The notes below the pieces were generated by a model that made no database searches, was not told the DNA's origin, and was given only the letters and a program-made list of their open reading frames with translations. A DNA stretch of 64,000 nt from Octopus vulgaris (Eukaryota). Positions within the stretch are counted from its first letter, which is position 1, and every line of letters starts with the position of its first letter. This document shows, in pieces, positions 59,603-64,000 of the stretch. A program made the translations under genes and the position numbers. The DNA lies in assembly GCA_951406725.2 (NCBI GenBank), contig OX597814.1:139624001-139688000 (forward strand), in the 5' to 3' direction.

Positions 59603-59921
59603 GGATATTTTCGGTTTGAACGGCAGTTTTTCTAGCGGTGTCATATGAAATTGTCACCCATAATTATGACCCTAGTATCGATCTATTGCATTTCAATCTG
59701 TTTTAGGTGTGGGGGAAGGGTATCTTTTTTTCTCCAGAAATGTAAATAAACCCAATCTGTTTCTTAAACGAAGGACATATTCTTACAAACTATAGAATTT
59801 TCACAATAAAGCCAAGAGAAAAATATGTTTTATAAACACATTCTACCAGTATACGAAGTTTAAAAGTGTTTAGTTACGTGGAAATTATTTTAAAAAACTG
59901 CCGGTCAAACCGAAAAGATCC
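59603..59921. mobile_element. MITE with 29-bp TIRs and 8-bp TSD (Merlin-like)
   Basis: ggatattttcggtttgaacggcagttttt / aaaaactgccggtcaaaccgaaaagatcc; TSD gaaaattg at 59595-59602 and 59922-59929. Confidence 0.88.
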
Positions 59922-61004
59922 GAAAATTGTTTCTATGAAATTTCTATGAAAGAGAACGACAGATTTTCCAAAAATTTATCTTGTAGAAAAGGTGTTTGAT
60001 GTCTATAAACTAAGCTATTAAATTACGCGATTTCCCAGTTCCAAGCCCCAGCAATTTATCGTTGTACTTTTCCTCTTACCTATTTACCTGCTAAGCAAAT
60101 AAACAGGTTGGTTCCCTGACTAATGACGATGGTAAATAAATTTAGTTCTTAGACACCTTATTCGATCAGACATTGCGACTCCCTCAATTTAGTTTTAACT
60201 AAAAAAAAAAAAAAAAAAAAAGATCAGAAACCACCGTAAACTTCTTGATAAGAAACACACACCTCTCTTTTTCCTGCCCTGTCTCCATCAATGCTTATTC
60301 ATACCGTACTCTCATCACGCACACGAAGCGACATAATATCAAATTAGGTATCTCAGCTATTTTGGGTTTTTACTGCTGTTTCTGATTGATGGTTTTTGTA
60401 ACAACCAAATTGTTTTTTGGCTCTTATAACCGTGTATAGTGTATTATTAAAGTGGAACCTTGACTCCTTGTATTTCTTTGCCCGAAAGGGGCCATTCACG
60501 TTTTAAAATAAAAATTAAAACGTTGTATCGCGAACTATTTATATTAAAACAAAATTCTTTGAGAATTACATGTTCTTGACCCAAATCTGTAACATTCAAA
60601 CAAAATCAGTGCGTGTACTGTGAAGAGGTGCGTGTTACATTTCGAGCAGAGCCCTGCTTTGAAGAAATAATCAAGGCTATTATTTAACTTGATTATACTA
60701 AACGAGGATCAAAGCATTCTAGCCATGACCATCCTGTCATTTTGTGCTGATCTAAGATCAAAGACATTCTAGCCATGGCCATCATGTCATTTTGATGCAT
60801 TATCTAGGAATATATTTTTTATTTAATGTGTGATCATTTTTTAAGACTGGTAATGTGTAATTTAAGGAAAATTTGACTGTTATTTCTAGCGGGGTCAGAA
60901 AGCTTCATGTAACTCTGAAACTTTTTAGAGTACCATGCACGGCTTGAAATTTTTGTTGTACAGTTTCCTTAAATTGTTCTATATTAAATAAACTAATTCT
61001 ATCT

Positions 61005-61061
61005 TTGTTTGTTTGTTTGCTTGCTTGCTTGCATGCATGCATGTATATATGTATGTATGTA

Positions 61062-61123
<62 letters not shown>

Positions 61124-61155
61124 CCTGCCTGCATGTATGTATGTATGTATGTATA
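61005..61155. repeat. Compound (TTTG)/(CTTG)/(TATG)/(TG)n microsatellite
   Basis: Directly visible. Confidence 0.95.
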
Positions 61156-61545
61156 CCTATTTCTTTATTACCCACAAGGGGCTAAACACAGAGGGGACAA
61201 ATGGATTAAGTCGATTATATCGACCCCAGTGCGTTACTGGTACTTATTTAATCGACCCCGAAAGGATGAAAGGCAAAGTCGACCACGGCGGAATTTGAAC
61301 TCAGAATGTAGCGGTAGACAAAATACCTATTTCTTTACTACCCACAAGGGGCTAAACACAGAGAGGACAAACAAGGACAAACAAACGGATTAAGTCGATT
61401 ATATCGCCCCCAGTGCGTAACTGGTACTTAATTTATCGACCCCGAAAGGATGAAAGGCAGATTTGGACTCGGAACGTAACGGCAGACGAAATACGGCTAC
61501 GCATTTCGCCCGGCGTGCTTAACGTCTCTTCCAGCTCGCCGCATT
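61156..61545 (-). mobile_element. Dimeric SINE family B, CpG-intact
   Basis: Two core-plus-tail units and one head (ccagctcgccgc). Confidence 0.9.
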
Positions 61546-62266
61546 ATATGTACGTATGTATACGTGTGTGTGTGTGTGTGTGTTTTGTACTATGAATAAT
61601 TAAAAACAAAACCTGGCAAACATCATTTCAGAATCCAGTGTTTAAAAAACGAATTTATTTGGATATTGCGTGGGTGAATTAAGTGAAAGCCAAAGTAGGT
61701 GAAGCTAAGAATAGAAAAAAAAAATCCCGACATAACTACATATTTGTGTCCCGCCCTACGACTTTGTTTTCCCGTAACCTCCTGGAAAAACTGGGTATTT
61801 TTCAAAAAATATTTTCAACAAATACGTTTTAGGCGATGTAGATTACGATTATATGGGAATTTGACGTGAAAAAAATGTGTGTAGGGAGACGGATAATTCA
61901 CACTCTTCATCAAAACGTATGAGGAAACAAAGTCGGGGTGTATTAATTATTCGACCGCCATCTCCATTTTTTTAAACGTTAAATTCGACACTGTTGTAAT
62001 CTAAACCATCTAAAAACGTATATGTAGACATTTCTGTTAAAAAATATTCAGTTTTCAGAAAGTTTTGAAGAAATAAATCGGGATGTGTGAATTATCCGAA
62101 ACTCCTTCCTACTCTCCCGAAAATTATTTTCACAACAAATTCCGATATAACCACATTCTACAGTCTAAAAATATATCTCTGGAAGATTTCATTAAAAAAA
62201 GGAGAAAACAGTTGCTGGGGTACACATTTAAAGTTATGACAAAAATGCTATGTACTCCCAGACTTA

Positions 62267-62476
62267 CACGATAGTGTGCTGAAAAGTTCCTGGCTTTGGA
62301 TAAAAGAAACTACAGGAGGATCATGGTTTTATTCAACACATTCCCCTCTCAGACCCACACACTTATTGCAGCGGTCCTTCAGTTTTTCTAAGCCCTGTAA
62401 AAGAACTCAGAATGTTAGGCCTCCTGGGCCTTTCGCGACACCCTTAAAACCTGGAACTTTTCAGCACCCCCCCTCA
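62267..62476. mobile_element. Mariner-derived MITE
   Basis: gtgctgaaaagttcctggcttt / aaaacctggaacttttcagcac. Confidence 0.85.
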
Positions 62477-63709
62477 TAACTATACAGTCGCGCAGTTAGG
62501 TACACATGCATACGTTATTCACCATATTTTATGTGTAAAGTTCGAAAGATCGTCAAAAACATTGTAAATATTTAAAAAAAAACATTATTACTTATTTATT
62601 TCGAAAAATTTAAAGACGTCTCACGTTTGTATTATATATTTCCCACTCTGATTTGTTTCTATCTTCTTTTGTTATTTAATACGCAGTATGAAGAATCGCT
62701 GATTAAAAATAAGGTTACTATACGATTTTAAAGGTTGCTTGAAAATATATCGTTTTGTGTAATCCATTTCGATACTAAATATTTTATGAAATAATATTCA
62801 ACTGTAAATTATTTCACTAAACATGAACTTTAGTGTCGGAGAGAAACAAAACAAAACAATCAAACAAACCCATCTTTGCCTTTCCTGAAGGAAAAAATAG
62901 AAAGAAATTCCCGGAAAACAAAAAGAAACTGAATTATATTTTAGTGTTTGATTATCACGAAGGTAATATTTTTAGCATTTTAATCATTAGTATTTACAAT
63001 AATTTTGTTGAGCTTGTCGGATTTTCCAAAGTTCTAACGTTCATCTCTCACAACACGAAAGTAAATCTTGGTGTTCTGACTATATTAAGCTATTTAATGT
63101 TTCTTCTTAGCAATACATGGCAGTGCTTGGCATCGAAGTTTTCTTTTACTTTTGTTCAAGTATTGTTTAGAAGTGTATACTCATTAATTTTGTTGATGTA
63201 AAACCGCTTAGCTTTTATACCATAGTCAATGCCAGCACTATGGACTTTTTCTTTCATTCTAGGAATGATAAAGTTAATTTTACTATGATAGTCCTGACAC
63301 CTTTCTTTGGCCGGGAAGGGCGGGTAGTGTTTATTTGTCTGGTAGCCTTAGCGAAAGAGGTTTTGTGGTGGACCATATTGAAAGGGCTGATGGTAGATAC
63401 TATCATTTTTGACCAAGCCCCCACTTGAAAAGGAAAGAGAAACAATTGCTGCCTCCCTGCAGTTTTGTTGAAAGATGAGTGAATGTGGCAAGTATGATCT
63501 GATTAAACGGGCCTATTCTCAGAATGCGCCTGTGGATCGAAGGAAAGCGATGTGGAGAGGGCACTTGCCACAAAACATGGGTTTTGTGGAATTATTCATC
63601 GTTAGATTTATATTCCGTCTACTTTTTACACGCTTCTTTAAGTAACCTCATATTGTATTGTCTAGTACCGTCCCCACCGTTTTTTGTGAACCCTTAGCGA
63701 TGAATAAAG

Positions 63710-64000
63710 AAAGCATTAAGCGGTGTTTCGTCTGTCTTCCCGTTCTGGGTTCAAATTCCGAGGTTGACTTTGCCTTTCATCCTTTCGGGGTCGATAAATT
63801 GAGTACCAGTGAAACACTGGGTCGATGTAATCGACTTAGCCCTTTCTCCCAAATTTCAGGCCGTGTGCCTATATTAGAAAGGATTATTATTATCGGCAGA
63901 ATCGTTAGCATGCTGGACAAAACGCTTAGCGGCATTTCGTCCGTATTTTACGTTCCGAATTCAAATACCACCGGGGTCTACTTTACCTTTCATCCTTTTG
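63710..64000 (+). mobile_element. Two tandem family B SINEs; the second runs off the window
   Basis: gactttgcctttcatcctttcggggtcgataaattgagtaccag core; ttagaaaggattattattat tail. Confidence 0.9.

Overview
AT-rich, repeat-dense eukaryotic non-coding DNA (intronic or intergenic). The SINE families, RTE LINE and long (TA)n/(CA)n/(TATC)n/(ATT)n tracts fit an octopod cephalopod genome; this is inferred, not verified. No host protein-coding gene could be established, and almost all listed ORFs are translated microsatellites or SINEs. The only substantial coding sequence is a young, 5'-truncated RTE-clade LINE ORF2 (23.3-24.8 kb, minus), with a PHD-type zinc finger inserted after the RT core. Also present: short mariner/Tc1, R4/Dong and Rex3/Expander-like relics, several tRNA-derived SINE families, non-autonomous Helitrons, and piggyBac-, hAT-, Merlin- and mariner-type MITEs. 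The most interesting signal is a set of small fold-back insertions carrying minimal type-I hammerhead ribozyme (HHR) motifs of the Penelope-like element (PLE) type. One is a head-to-head dimer of a tRNA-headed (Pol III) SINE whose tail is an intact HHR (30.0-30.6 kb). Others show apparent compensatory changes at the C3-G8 core pair (G3:C8 at 26.4 kb, U3:A8 at 24.9 kb), and one is a 520-bp tandem HHR-bearing duplication (58.2-59.2 kb). CpG content appears to rise sharply near 57.6 kb, suggesting the edge of a methylated gene body. All coordinates were read by eye and repeat boundaries are approximate.
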